From positions 11,735 to 75,734 of the IMG/VR virus record IMGVR_UViG_3300033407_000005: a DNA stretch of 64,000 nt; one strand, given 5' to 3'. Origin of the DNA: a virus (lineage: Duplodnaviria; Caudoviricetes). A model generated the notes under the pieces. That model was not told where the DNA came from, made no database searches, and saw nothing but the letters and a program-made list of their open reading frames with translations. Both the position numbers and the translations under genes were made by a program. Positions 55,073 through 64,000 of the stretch are shown here, piece after piece (position 1 is the stretch's first letter; each line of letters opens with the position of its first letter).

Positions 55073-55743
55073 CTCAATGCCTCGCTGAGCTCGACAAAAC
55101 GAAACTCCGCAATCGCGGACCCCGGCGTGGAATTGATAACTTCGACACCCCGCCGATCAAACGCCTGCGCCAGCCCGCGCCAGCCCGGCAGAAACCGCTC
55201 CCCGAACGGCGCCAGGTCGTGCATCTGATAATCGGCGTGCCCATGCGTCCGACCGTCGACTGCGGCACACTCGAACCCGACGAGAACGATCCGTCTGGCC
55301 CCCATCTTCGCAGCAAGGCACGCCGCAACATGGCCGCTCGATGCCATCGCGTGATCTGGCGCGGCACCGATCCATTCCGTCAGCACCAGCACGTCAAACC
55401 GGCGCACCAGATCGCCCAATCTTGCTTTCGCGTGCCGATTTGTGGTGACAGCCACGCCGGGCCAGCCGCGGATTAGGTCTTCGTACCGCTCGGCCCACGC
55501 ATTATCCTGAAAGAGCAAGAAATCGTCTTCGGTCGCTGCCGATGTCACCTTTCGGCAAGCCGAATTCACGACAATGAAGCGGTGCCCTCGCAGAACATCA
55601 AGATCAAGATCGGCGATACCTGGGCCGCCGCCGATGATTGCGACAGTCAGCCCGTCGAAAGATCGATCGGGCGCCCACATCGGCCAATCGGGGGTCTGGT
55701 TGTCGATGTGGTAGTGACGCGGCGCGACATAGATTAGCCCCAC
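55057..55743 (-). CDS. DUF115/Maf-like sugar or nucleotide transferase
   Basis: VAIIGGGPG, FIVVNSA, SSGHVAACLA..MGARRIVLVGFEC. Confidence 0.7.
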   Translation of the reverse strand: MGLIYVAPRHYHIDNQTPDWPMWAPDRSFDGLTVAIIGGGPGIADLDLDVLRGHRFIVVNSACRKVTSAATEDDFLLFQDNAWAERYEDLIRGWPGVAVTTNRHAKARLGDLVRRFDVLVLTEWIGAAPDHAMASSGHVAACLAAKMGARRIVLVGFECAAVDGRTHGHADYQMHDLAPFGERFLPGWRGLAQAFDRRGVEVINSTPGSAIAEFRFVELSEALRWRKC

Positions 55744-55780
55744 CGCGTCACCTCACCGGGGCCGGCGTGCGGCTAAAACG

Positions 55781-56134
55781 CTAACGCCCCCTCGCTGCGC
55801 CGGCGACCGATGCGGTGCTGCCGCTGCTTGTCGCCGAGCCGGAACTGAGCACCTGTCCGCCGCTGCCGGCCGAACCGCCCCCCGGCACCGTATCGGTCGC
55901 GGCGCCGGTCGTGGTGTCCGGCTCCGCGCCAGAGCGCGAGGTAGGGGAATGATCTGCCGCCGCAGGACGGCGCGCCGGCATGGTCGTGGCTTCCGGCACG
56001 ATCACGGCAACGCCTCGGCGCAGCCAGCGGTTGGCCTGGTCCGCCGTCATGTCGGCCTCGTAACCCTCGCGATAGGGCAGATGCCTCCAGTCGAGCGGGA
56101 GTACCGGATCGGCGGTGAAACGGACGCGCGGCAT
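55781..56134 (-). CDS. Small head-region protein
   Basis: MPRVRFT...ANRWLRRGVA. Confidence 0.65.
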   Translation of the reverse strand: MPRVRFTADPVLPLDWRHLPYREGYEADMTADQANRWLRRGVAVIVPEATTMPARRPAAADHSPTSRSGAEPDTTTGAATDTVPGGGSAGSGGQVLSSGSATSSGSTASVAGAARGR

Positions 56135-56210
56135 GGCAGATGATCCTTTGCAATAAGGCCAGGCCCGGCGAGATGCAAAACACCTCGCCGGGATAGTCAG
56201 AAAGACCCGC

Positions 56211-56720
56211 TCAGTCGATGATGGCCGACGGCATGCTTTCCGGCGCCGCCGCGAACCGCGGCTCGTAAAGCAGGTATTCGAGCGCCCCGATCTGAGACAC
56301 CGAGCCGACATCGCCGATCGATGCGCGGATGCAGTCGTAGCCGCCGTCAACATCGAGATCCTCCGCCTTGATGTCGATGGCCCAAACCGCCGCCTGCTCG
56401 CCGGAAGTCGCGTCGGTATAGGTGTTGGTTGCTGCCTGCGTGACCTTCGTCCACTGCCCGACATCGGAGAGGGCGGTCGGGTCTTGCTTGACGTGGATGG
56501 TCGTGAAATCGAGCGCCTTGTTGGTGCCGAACGCGACATCCGTGCCCTGGAGGAGGGTCAACGTCGGGTCTTCGCCGGCCCCGCCGATGCCCTTGTGGAA
56601 GAGGATCAGGCATCGGCCGTAATTCTTCAGGCTCACGGCATCGGCGGTGCGGGCCGTCGTGATCTCGACCGGCGCGAAACCGCTGACGATCTGGATCTGT
56701 TCGAGGAGGGACTTGTTCAT
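56211..56720 (-). CDS. Capsid decoration-like protein
   Basis: Immediately follows the capsid gene; VSLKNY...DLDVDGGYDCI. Confidence 0.7.
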   Translation of the reverse strand: MNKSLLEQIQIVSGFAPVEITTARTADAVSLKNYGRCLILFHKGIGGAGEDPTLTLLQGTDVAFGTNKALDFTTIHVKQDPTALSDVGQWTKVTQAATNTYTDATSGEQAAVWAIDIKAEDLDVDGGYDCIRASIGDVGSVSQIGALEYLLYEPRFAAAPESMPSAIID

Positions 56721-56806
56721 GGGACCGTTCCTTTTCGGTCTGAATTTCAGAGAGACGAGGCGCGGGCCAGCCCGCCAGGGCCGGCACCGCTACCTCAGGC
56801 CAGCCG

Positions 56807-58306
56807 TCATCGAGACGCGAGCGTGACGAATGCCGACAGCGTGTTGCTGCCGTTCGCGCGGGCGATCGGCGCGCTCCACCACGGCTGACCGGCCAGCCGG
56901 AAGATGAACCGGAACGCCATCACGTCCTGATCGAACCAGAGGTGGATGCTGGTATCGGTGCGCACCCCGCCGGCCTTGGTGACCGCCAGGTATTTGGTGA
57001 AATCGGCGAGCATGATATCGCCGAGATCGCCGAGCGCGCTGCACACCTCGTGCGGGATGACCGGCCGCCCCATCAGGAGGCCGAAGGGCGAGGCGTTGAT
57101 GCCGCCGGCCGGGATGTAAACCGCGGAGCCGCCGACATTCTCGGTGCCGGCCTGGTTCCTGACGTTGACCGTCATGCTGTAGAGCTGCGGCTCGAGGTCC
57201 TGGTTGATCAGCCAGACCGAGGTGCGGCGGCACGGCGCATACATCCGCGACCACATCTTGAAGACGTTGGCCGAGACAACCGTGTCGGCGGGCTGCGAGG
57301 TCTCCGCCGCCACAGTCACCAGCGCGGGCGACAGGAGCGCGCCGAGCGGCATCCCCCCGCCCGAACCCCGGTAGATCGCGTCGCTGACCTTGTAATCGAT
57401 CTTCTCCGGCCCCTTGCGGCGAAGGTAGCTGTCCATCTGCGTCACGTCGCCCATCTGCTCTTCGGTCACCGGCACGAGCGCGGTCAACTTGTGCAGCCGG
57501 AGATTGACCTGCCCGAGCGCCGGCTTCGATTGGGTGATCGCTGCGGCCTCGCCTTCCCAATACGCCTGAATGCCGCCGGTGCTCTGCCAGGCTGTCGTTT
57601 CGTCGGTTGGGAAGCTCATGTTGTTGGAGGCGGTCTCCTGGTTGTCGCACATCCCGAGGAGAGTTTCCGGCGCCATGACCTTTTCCATGATCGCCGGGCG
57701 GAAATCGGGCGGCACGGCAAACCCGCCGTCGGCCCCGACGCCCTCGCTGCCATAGGTCGATAGCGCGGCGTTGCGGATCAGCCGCTGATCGGTCTCACCG
57801 CCGCGCCAGCCGGCGATCCGCACCGCATTGGCAAATTCGCCGAGGCTGCGGAAGCCGTGGTTCCCGGCGGTGCCCTGCCGCGGCTGCGGGAAAATCGGCG
57901 GCTGCGGCGCCTGTTGGTTCCGCGGCTGCGGCTGGGCATGGTTCTGCGGGCGAACCGGGTCGGCACCGGGCGCCGAGTCCGGTTCGTTCGGGTCGGTGAC
58001 CCGCCCAACCGGCGCGTTCAGCACCTCCATGTGCGCCGCGACACGCCGCCGGGTCTGAATTTCGCCCTCCAGCCGCTCGAAGTCGGTCTGGTTCTCGTCG
58101 ACCTCGGTCTTTTCTTCCTTGGTCAGCTCGCGACTTTCCGCCGCCGCCCGATCAAGAACGGACTGACTCGCCGCAAGGAGCTGGTCCTGCTTATCGCGAA
58201 AGTTGTGGATGACGGGATCGTCCTGGGCGAGAATAACCGCGCCAAGCGGCGCCCCCATAGCGAGCACGGCGAGCACGCTCGCCGGCACATGCTGCCGTAC
58301 TTGCAT
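56807..58306 (-). CDS. HK97-fold major capsid protein with delta domain
   Basis: ADGGFAVP, WEGEAAAITQSKP, HKLTALVPVTEE, AFRFIFRLAGQP. Confidence 0.95.
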   Translation of the reverse strand: MQVRQHVPASVLAVLAMGAPLGAVILAQDDPVIHNFRDKQDQLLAASQSVLDRAAAESRELTKEEKTEVDENQTDFERLEGEIQTRRRVAAHMEVLNAPVGRVTDPNEPDSAPGADPVRPQNHAQPQPRNQQAPQPPIFPQPRQGTAGNHGFRSLGEFANAVRIAGWRGGETDQRLIRNAALSTYGSEGVGADGGFAVPPDFRPAIMEKVMAPETLLGMCDNQETASNNMSFPTDETTAWQSTGGIQAYWEGEAAAITQSKPALGQVNLRLHKLTALVPVTEEQMGDVTQMDSYLRRKGPEKIDYKVSDAIYRGSGGGMPLGALLSPALVTVAAETSQPADTVVSANVFKMWSRMYAPCRRTSVWLINQDLEPQLYSMTVNVRNQAGTENVGGSAVYIPAGGINASPFGLLMGRPVIPHEVCSALGDLGDIMLADFTKYLAVTKAGGVRTDTSIHLWFDQDVMAFRFIFRLAGQPWWSAPIARANGSNTLSAFVTLASR

Positions 58307-58389
58307 CTTTGATTTCCTTCTGAGGGACTGGCGCGTCTCACGACGGGCCTTTCGGGTTGCGCCTCACGGCGCGGGATCGCGGGATAGCT

Positions 58390-59103
58390 TTAGGATCCGG
58401 CGCCGCGATTTTGGTTGATGCGCGCATATTCCAGCGTTGCGCGCATACGTTTCAATTCTTCCTCGGCCGACAGCCGCAGCGGCGCGTCTATCTTGGCGTC
58501 ATTGGCGTGCGGAGGCGCGCGACGCCAATGCAGCCGCGACAGTTCTTGTCGCGCGGCAAATTTCAAGTTCGGCGCAATCGACTGCGCAAACCCATGTTTG
58601 ACCGCATCGGCCGATTGAAACGTGGTCTCCGCCTTCATCCACTCTTGAATTTGAGTTTTCGGCTGACCTGTGCGGGACACATAAACATCGGCGATGCTTG
58701 CCGACACAGCCTCCAGCCGGTCAGCGACAGCCCTCATGTCGGCCGGCGGGCCGATCGCGATACCCCACGCTTCATGGATCATAATCTCGCCGGCTTCGGC
58801 GATGATAATTTCGTCGCCGGACATCGCGATCACCGAGGCGATCGAGGCCGCGATACCATCGATGTGCGCGATCACCACGGCCTTATGCTCAACAAGCAGC
58901 CGATAGATAGCCAAGCCGTCGAACACATCGCCGCCATAACTGTTGATCCGCAGATCGATAGTCTTGACCTCACCGAGAGTCTTCAGGTCGACAGCAAATT
59001 GCTTCGCCGACACCCCGCCGAACCACCCCTCGCCGACATCCTCATAGATCAGGATCTCGGCTTTGCGGTCGCCCTTGGCGCTAACGCGATACCCCAGCGC
59101 CAT
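58390..59103 (-). CDS. ClpP-like prohead protease
   Basis: INSYGGDVFDG, DGIAASIAS, IMIHEAW. Confidence 0.95.
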   Translation of the reverse strand: MALGYRVSAKGDRKAEILIYEDVGEGWFGGVSAKQFAVDLKTLGEVKTIDLRINSYGGDVFDGLAIYRLLVEHKAVVIAHIDGIAASIASVIAMSGDEIIIAEAGEIMIHEAWGIAIGPPADMRAVADRLEAVSASIADVYVSRTGQPKTQIQEWMKAETTFQSADAVKHGFAQSIAPNLKFAARQELSRLHWRRAPPHANDAKIDAPLRLSAEEELKRMRATLEYARINQNRGAGS

Positions 59104-60409
59104 TGGCGGCTCCATTCGGTTTTGGCGGCGCAGGATCGGCCGGCGCCACGGGTGTTGCCGCGGGCATTTGCTTCCCGACGTTTTTCAGATCGGTCATCTG
59201 GACCTGAACCATATGAACGTCGCCCTCGGGGCCGATCCGGTCCCAATCTTCCAACTCGCGAATGTCGTTGACCGTCGCAATCCCGTTCAGGAGCAAGTCC
59301 TTGTAGAACTGCGCCCGCGCCTGCATGTCGCCGCGCAGGAAGGCGTTGACGTTCATCTTTGTGTAGAAATTGCCGCGGTTCTGACCGAACATCTTGCGGT
59401 TGGCTTCCTGCTCGATCCGCAGGACCCACGGCATCAGGTCGTAGAGCAGGAACTCCCGGCTCTGATGCTCGATGTTATTGTTCGTCGCCCGACTGAGGTC
59501 CCCCAAAAGATGCGGCCGGGCACCGAGCCAACGCGATGATTCGCCGATCTGGTGTTGCCGCGCGCCGAGCAGTTGGCTTTCTTCCGGCGACATCCCGACA
59601 CGCTCGATCTCCGCGCCGATCTCCCCGAAGACAACCTTGTGCGAATTCCGCGGGCCAGCATGGATCTGGTTGAACTCCTCGCGCATTCGGTCCATGCCGT
59701 CGGGTGACGGCTTATTCTTCAGCTTGACGACCAGACCGACATTTGCGCCATTGCCGAAGAACGCGGCGGAGTATTCTTCCATCGCCTTTGCCGAGCCCAA
59801 CGACTCGCCGGCGAGCGCCACGGTGTCAAAACCGCTGATCCCGTCCCAACCCATCCCATGGAGGTGGAAGATGCTCGATGGCGGCAGGTCGTTGTACCCA
59901 CCGCGCGGGTTCCAGACGCGATAGAACAGCCGATCGGCATCATCGCGCAGCGGCTGAACACGTTCCGGCACCAGCGGCCAGAGGTTCGCCACGCCGCCAG
60001 CATTGTTTAATTCGATCTCGCTATAATGATTGCCCGCCGTCAGAGCATGCAGCACCGCTGTCTCACGCCAAGCGAACCCGGTCATTTCACTGTTCGGCGC
60101 CGTCTGCAGCAACCACTCGACGGCGTGGGTCGCAAAGCGCTCCCGCCCCCCATCCTGCTTTCGCCGGTAAACCTGCCACGGGAGCTGGGCAATCGCCGAG
60201 GAAACGAGCGCCGACCCGCGATAGAATGCCGGGAGCGTAAACGCGTTCTCGTGAGTGATCGTCGTCCCGGCGAGGGAGCGCATTGCCCAGCGGTAGGATT
60301 GCGCCGGCCGTGCGACCCCCGTTAACCGGTTCCAAACCGCACCGACGCGATCACGCCAACCAGACACCGATTGTTTCCTCCTTCGCCGGCCAATATGCAG
60401 GATCGTCAT
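59081..60409 (-). CDS. HK97-family portal protein
   Basis: LLQTAPN, GNHYSEI, IFHL, DLSRATNNNIEHQ, LRGD. Confidence 0.95.
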   Translation of the reverse strand: MTILHIGRRRRKQSVSGWRDRVGAVWNRLTGVARPAQSYRWAMRSLAGTTITHENAFTLPAFYRGSALVSSAIAQLPWQVYRRKQDGGRERFATHAVEWLLQTAPNSEMTGFAWRETAVLHALTAGNHYSEIELNNAGGVANLWPLVPERVQPLRDDADRLFYRVWNPRGGYNDLPPSSIFHLHGMGWDGISGFDTVALAGESLGSAKAMEEYSAAFFGNGANVGLVVKLKNKPSPDGMDRMREEFNQIHAGPRNSHKVVFGEIGAEIERVGMSPEESQLLGARQHQIGESSRWLGARPHLLGDLSRATNNNIEHQSREFLLYDLMPWVLRIEQEANRKMFGQNRGNFYTKMNVNAFLRGDMQARAQFYKDLLLNGIATVNDIRELEDWDRIGPEGDVHMVQVQMTDLKNVGKQMPAATPVAPADPAPPKPNGAANGAGVSR

Positions 60410-62168
60410 ATATCGACCCCTCGACCGTCGGATTGAGCGACATCACATCGGCGGCGAAGAACAGCGGCATGGCGATATCGATTTTCAAGTCGCCCGCGTT
60501 CTGCTTTGTTGCCCGGATTGCCGTAGCGGTCGGCTCGATCTTCAGATTGTCGACGCACCAGCCCATGGCCGACGAGCCGGAGTGCCACAGCATTCCGTGC
60601 TGCAGCTTCAGTTCAGTCGTCTTCAAGGCGTTCATCAGCCGGTAGCCCTGCCCGATGCCGGCGAGGAGCTTGTTTTCCTCGGTGACGCCGATCTGCTTCA
60701 GCGCCTCGACCGTGAGGCCCAGCCCCTCGGGGTCGAGCCCGACGCAGTAGAGCAGCCCCAGATCCTTGATCTGCTTGACGATCGCGACAAACTCGGTGAT
60801 GTGGCGCGGGAAGCCTCGGGTCTTGAATTGCGCCCGGATGGTCGCCTGGGCCTGAACATCTCCGCCGCGGATCGCCTCCGACAATTCCTCGACCCAGGGG
60901 TCGACATCGCAGATCGTCAGTTCGCCCCGCTTCTCGAAGTCGAGGAGGTAGGAGGCGATCGACTTCCGGTCCTCGAGGACGTTCCGGAAGCACCAGCCGT
61001 AGGACCAGCAGAGCCAGTCCTGCGTTTCGCGGTCGCGTCCGAGGACAACGAGGCCGAGGAGATCGTCGAGCCCGCCGCCGTCGCCGGCGGTAACGATGAC
61101 CTCGCAGCGCCGGATCACCTCGTCGAGCGTCAGGCTCGGGTCGGCCCGCCTCTCCCAGTATTGCGCCCCCGGCCAGCGATCGGTGCGCATGCCGACGCCG
61201 ATCTCGATGTTGAGGTGCTGGGAGGCCCAGATGCGCGCCGGATGGTTGCCCTTTTCCTTTTCGCTGTTCCAATCCGGAATCAGGTCCCGCAAATGGGTCG
61301 AACGGCCCAGATTGGGCATGACCATCGGCCAGTTTTCCGGGTCCTGCCATTTGGCAGGATCGCGCGCGATGTCCGGCGGGAACTCGTAGAGGATCGGCAG
61401 CATCGGCCGGATTTCGCGCCCGCGGAACTCGCCGTCGCGGATCTTCCGGGCATAAATCAGCTCGTCGAGGAAGGCGCCGGTCGGGATCTCGTCGCTCTGC
61501 GTTGTGGTGATGACCAGGAGACCTTCGGGCGTCTTGTCGAGGCCGCCCCTGATCTGCCGCAACACCTTCGTGGTATGAACGCTGCGCCCCAGGAGGTGCA
61601 ACTCGTCGATCATCGCGAAGATCAGGATGGCGCCGGTCAGGATGTTGAGATCGAAGGTCTTGACCTTGCCCTCGACGTTGTAGTCGAGGTCGATGATCGT
61701 CTTTTCGTGGTGAACCGGATGAAACCGCCTCCTGAAATCCGGGCTCAACTCGATCATCGCGGCTGCCTGTTCAAAGGCACGGTCGGAAACCGATTGGGTC
61801 GGGCCGACGAAGATCGCCTGGCAGTTCCGCCGCTTGTTGAGCCACATCACCGCGAGGAGGAGGGCCGCGGCATAGGTCGTTTTCGAGCTGCCCTTGGGCG
61901 CGAGACAGAAGATGTCGCGGATGAACCGCTCGCGCGCTACCGGGTCCCACGACCCGAAGGCGGCGCGCACGATGTCCCGGAACCATTGACCGGCCGCATC
62001 CCCGAGCCGCGGCGGACCGTCGGCGCTCACAAACCCATCAGGCAGCCGGCATTCGTCAAACGCGATCAGACCCCGCGCCGCCTGGTGCTCATTGAGCGGC
62101 AGGTCGGGGATCAGCGACCGGCCGGCTCGCAGCCGCTGTTCCCAATTGGGGCAGCTCAGATCCCACAT
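60351..62168 (-). CDS. terL: Terminase large subunit
   Basis: APKGSSKTT Walker A, IDELH Walker B, DGGGLDDL nuclease. Confidence 0.95.
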   Translation of the reverse strand: MWDLSCPNWEQRLRAGRSLIPDLPLNEHQAARGLIAFDECRLPDGFVSADGPPRLGDAAGQWFRDIVRAAFGSWDPVARERFIRDIFCLAPKGSSKTTYAAALLLAVMWLNKRRNCQAIFVGPTQSVSDRAFEQAAAMIELSPDFRRRFHPVHHEKTIIDLDYNVEGKVKTFDLNILTGAILIFAMIDELHLLGRSVHTTKVLRQIRGGLDKTPEGLLVITTTQSDEIPTGAFLDELIYARKIRDGEFRGREIRPMLPILYEFPPDIARDPAKWQDPENWPMVMPNLGRSTHLRDLIPDWNSEKEKGNHPARIWASQHLNIEIGVGMRTDRWPGAQYWERRADPSLTLDEVIRRCEVIVTAGDGGGLDDLLGLVVLGRDRETQDWLCWSYGWCFRNVLEDRKSIASYLLDFEKRGELTICDVDPWVEELSEAIRGGDVQAQATIRAQFKTRGFPRHITEFVAIVKQIKDLGLLYCVGLDPEGLGLTVEALKQIGVTEENKLLAGIGQGYRLMNALKTTELKLQHGMLWHSGSSAMGWCVDNLKIEPTATAIRATKQNAGDLKIDIAMPLFFAADVMSLNPTVEGSIYDDPAYWPAKEETIGVWLA

Positions 62169-62380
62169 TGCAATCTTGACAACTTCATCAGCCTCACTGA
62201 ACGTCTGGGTGCTGCGGCGGCGTGGAAAGCAGACACGCAAGAGGCCGGAGAGCGGCTGTAACTCATCGGGGCAGCTTAGGGCTGGAGAGTTCGTCTGGCA
62301 GTCTGCGGTTCGACTCCGTAGGCCGTCCGGGATACCAAGCCAGGAAGCCGGAGTAGCGACCGGCCCGCAGCAACGGCATT

Positions 62381-62707
62381 TCAGGCTGGGTTCGCGGCCC
62401 GAATATCGGCGACGACCCGCTCAAGTCGAATAAGCGTCTCCGGCTTAACGTTGGCCACAACGGAAGAGTCGATGACGATCTGGCCGCGCAGGCCCAGGAG
62501 TTTGTCGCAATCGCCGGCGCTGGAAACCGCGATTGTCTTACAACGGCGCGCCAACGCCGCGCCGCGCCGTTCTTTGATACCCTCCTTGACCGACCGGCCG
62601 ATCTCGTTGGTGATCACCGCAATGACCGCGCCAGAGTCAGGAATGAGGGCGATCATCTCCTTCGCCATTGCTTTCCATTGTTGATGTGCCGAGGCACGTT
62701 CACGCAT
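62381..62707 (-). CDS. Hypothetical protein
   Basis: Coupled to the HNH gene. Confidence 0.55.
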   Translation of the reverse strand: MRERASAHQQWKAMAKEMIALIPDSGAVIAVITNEIGRSVKEGIKERRGAALARRCKTIAVSSAGDCDKLLGLRGQIVIDSSVVANVKPETLIRLERVVADIRAANPA

Positions 62708-63023
62708 TCGCCCGCCTCGCCCGCTCGTCCATCGTTTTTCGCGTATGGTGCGACCCGCAGAGGCACTGGCCGTTGGCCGGGTCGAACTCGGCGCCGCCAT
62801 CCCTCAGCTCGACCCGGTGATCGGCAAACATACGGTCCTCGGGCTCTCTCTTCGGGCAACGCTGGCCTTGTTCCACCCACTCGCACCGCCCGCCGGCCCG
62901 TCCGATGACCTTCGCCCGCCAGGCCCGGTATTCCGGGGTCCGGTAGATCAGGGCCGCGGTCTTCGGGGGCGGCTTCAGGCGGCGGTTGTCGCGCACCGAG
63001 AGGCGCGGCGGGAGGGTCTTCAT
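62700..63023 (-). CDS. HNH endonuclease (packaging-associated)
   Basis: RCE...ADHRVELRDGG...NGQCLCGSHH. Confidence 0.9.
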   Translation of the reverse strand: MKTLPPRLSVRDNRRLKPPPKTAALIYRTPEYRAWRAKVIGRAGGRCEWVEQGQRCPKREPEDRMFADHRVELRDGGAEFDPANGQCLCGSHHTRKTMDERARRANA

Positions 63024-63027
63024 CCGG

Positions 63028-63498
63028 TCAGTTCAGCCGCTCTCCGCCGGGCCCGTCTTCCGCCAGGAGCCGCCCGAGGGGGGTGGTGAGGTCGGGCTTC
63101 CGCGCGGCGAGGATCGCCTCCTCTTTCTTACCGAGCTTGGGCGGCTTCGGCGCGGGCTCCGACCGACCGTAGAGCATCAGATCGTTGTGCTCCATGAGAT
63201 CGCGGAACTCGCGCAATGCGCTGACGTTTCCGGCTTCTACCTGCTTCCAGAGGGTCATCGCGAGCGTCGCGTCGAGCCTGTCGCGGGCCTCCTCGCGGTA
63301 TTTCAGTTCCGCAAAATACCTTGCCCGCAGCGTCGGCAGCGAGACGTGTATCGCCCGGGCGATCCGCTCGTTGTTCCAGCCGAAGGCCAGCAACATGCTG
63401 ACCTTGTTGCGGTTTTCCTGCGTGGCGACATGCTGCGGCCGTCCGCCCTTGGGGTGGTACTCGCGAACCGGGTCGCCAAAGAGGTCGAAAGTTTGCAT
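63028..63498 (-). CDS. terS: Terminase small subunit
   Basis: GRP.H..T...HTH ERIARAIHVSLPTLRARYFAEL; GKKE. Confidence 0.85.
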   Translation of the reverse strand: MQTFDLFGDPVREYHPKGGRPQHVATQENRNKVSMLLAFGWNNERIARAIHVSLPTLRARYFAELKYREEARDRLDATLAMTLWKQVEAGNVSALREFRDLMEHNDLMLYGRSEPAPKPPKLGKKEEAILAARKPDLTTPLGRLLAEDGPGGERLN

Positions 63499-63499
63499 C

Positions 63500-63600
63500 A
63501 GAAGAAAAAAACTCCGCGACTGAGCCCCGAGCGGTTCCGGGCCCCGCCGGGGCTGGGGATTTGACCCGCCCCCCCTGGTGGGTGGCGAGCCGCCGGCGCG
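63500..63600. other. Candidate cos / packaging region
   Basis: Minus strand ggggggcgggtcaaat...ggaaccg...gagttttttt immediately upstream of terS, as in cos phages. Confidence 0.5.
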
Positions 63601-63651
63601 CTAGATGTTGTGTTGTTGACCGGGGCGCGCCGCGCCACTACATCTTGCGGC

Positions 63652-63930
63652 ATGGCACAGAAACCAAGGCGTTCCGCCCGTTCGGCTGTTATAGGGGCGC
63701 CGGCGGATGGTCCCGCCGCGATCGGCGCCCGGTTGCGCCAGCTGCGGGTTGACCGCGGCGAAAGCCCGGCCCAGGCGGCAAGCTCCATCGGTTGCGCCGG
63801 CCAGCACTTACGCGACATCGAGGGCGGCAAATCAGCCAATCCCGGATTGCAGCTGTTGCGCTCGCTGGCCAGGCATTACGGCGTGACGGTCGCCTACATA
63901 ATCGGAGAGGCGTCGCAAGATTTATCTTGA
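63652..63930 (+). CDS. XRE-family HTH regulator
   Basis: IGARLRQLR...HLRDIEGGKSANPGLQLL...YGVTVAYII. Confidence 0.85.
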   Translation: MAQKPRRSARSAVIGAPADGPAAIGARLRQLRVDRGESPAQAASSIGCAGQHLRDIEGGKSANPGLQLLRSLARHYGVTVAYIIGEASQDLS

Positions 63931-64000
63931 CGCTGCGCGCTGCCGTCCTTATGTTCTGATCCGTCAACAGCGCATCAACGCGCAAAGAGGATCAGACGAC

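Noticed and set aside
62230-62340. tRNA-like sequence (ggttcgactcc T-loop) upstream of terL
   Set aside because: No pairing acceptor or anticodon stems could be built, and it lies on the strand opposite to late transcription.

Overview
The window is most of a GC-rich temperate HK97/lambda-like siphovirus genome. It appears to be in the excised (attP) configuration, and the host is inferred to be an alphaproteobacterium, possibly Rhodospirillales. Layout: leftward early operon (1-6.7 kb), cro/cI switch with TTCA-N7-TGAA operators, rightward early operon (7.2-19 kb) ending in xis/int, attP region, then the late genes on the minus strand (lysis, tail fibres, tape measure, tail, head-tail, capsid, portal, terminase) up to a likely cos region near 63.55 kb. 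No replication module, CRISPR array, reverse transcriptase or intact transposase is visible. The main unusual signal is that operons appear to have been extended by transposase-less single-gene cassettes bounded by terminal inverted repeats (TIRs) and exact 8-bp target-site duplications (TSDs). There are two TIR families: CATGCTTATCCGGTTG and the IS1595-like GGGAATTATATAC. Some cassettes duplicate a ribosome-binding site and supply a start or stop codon from within the TIR. Other notable features are two different tRNA-derived att cores, inverted 130-140 bp repeats made of integrase debris plus 11-mer arrays, in-frame palindromic elements inside genes, many duplicated gene junctions, a candidate virion glycosylation/acylation module, and HU-, Rrf2- and Rieske-like genes. 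Protein family calls come from motif recognition only; no database searches were run.
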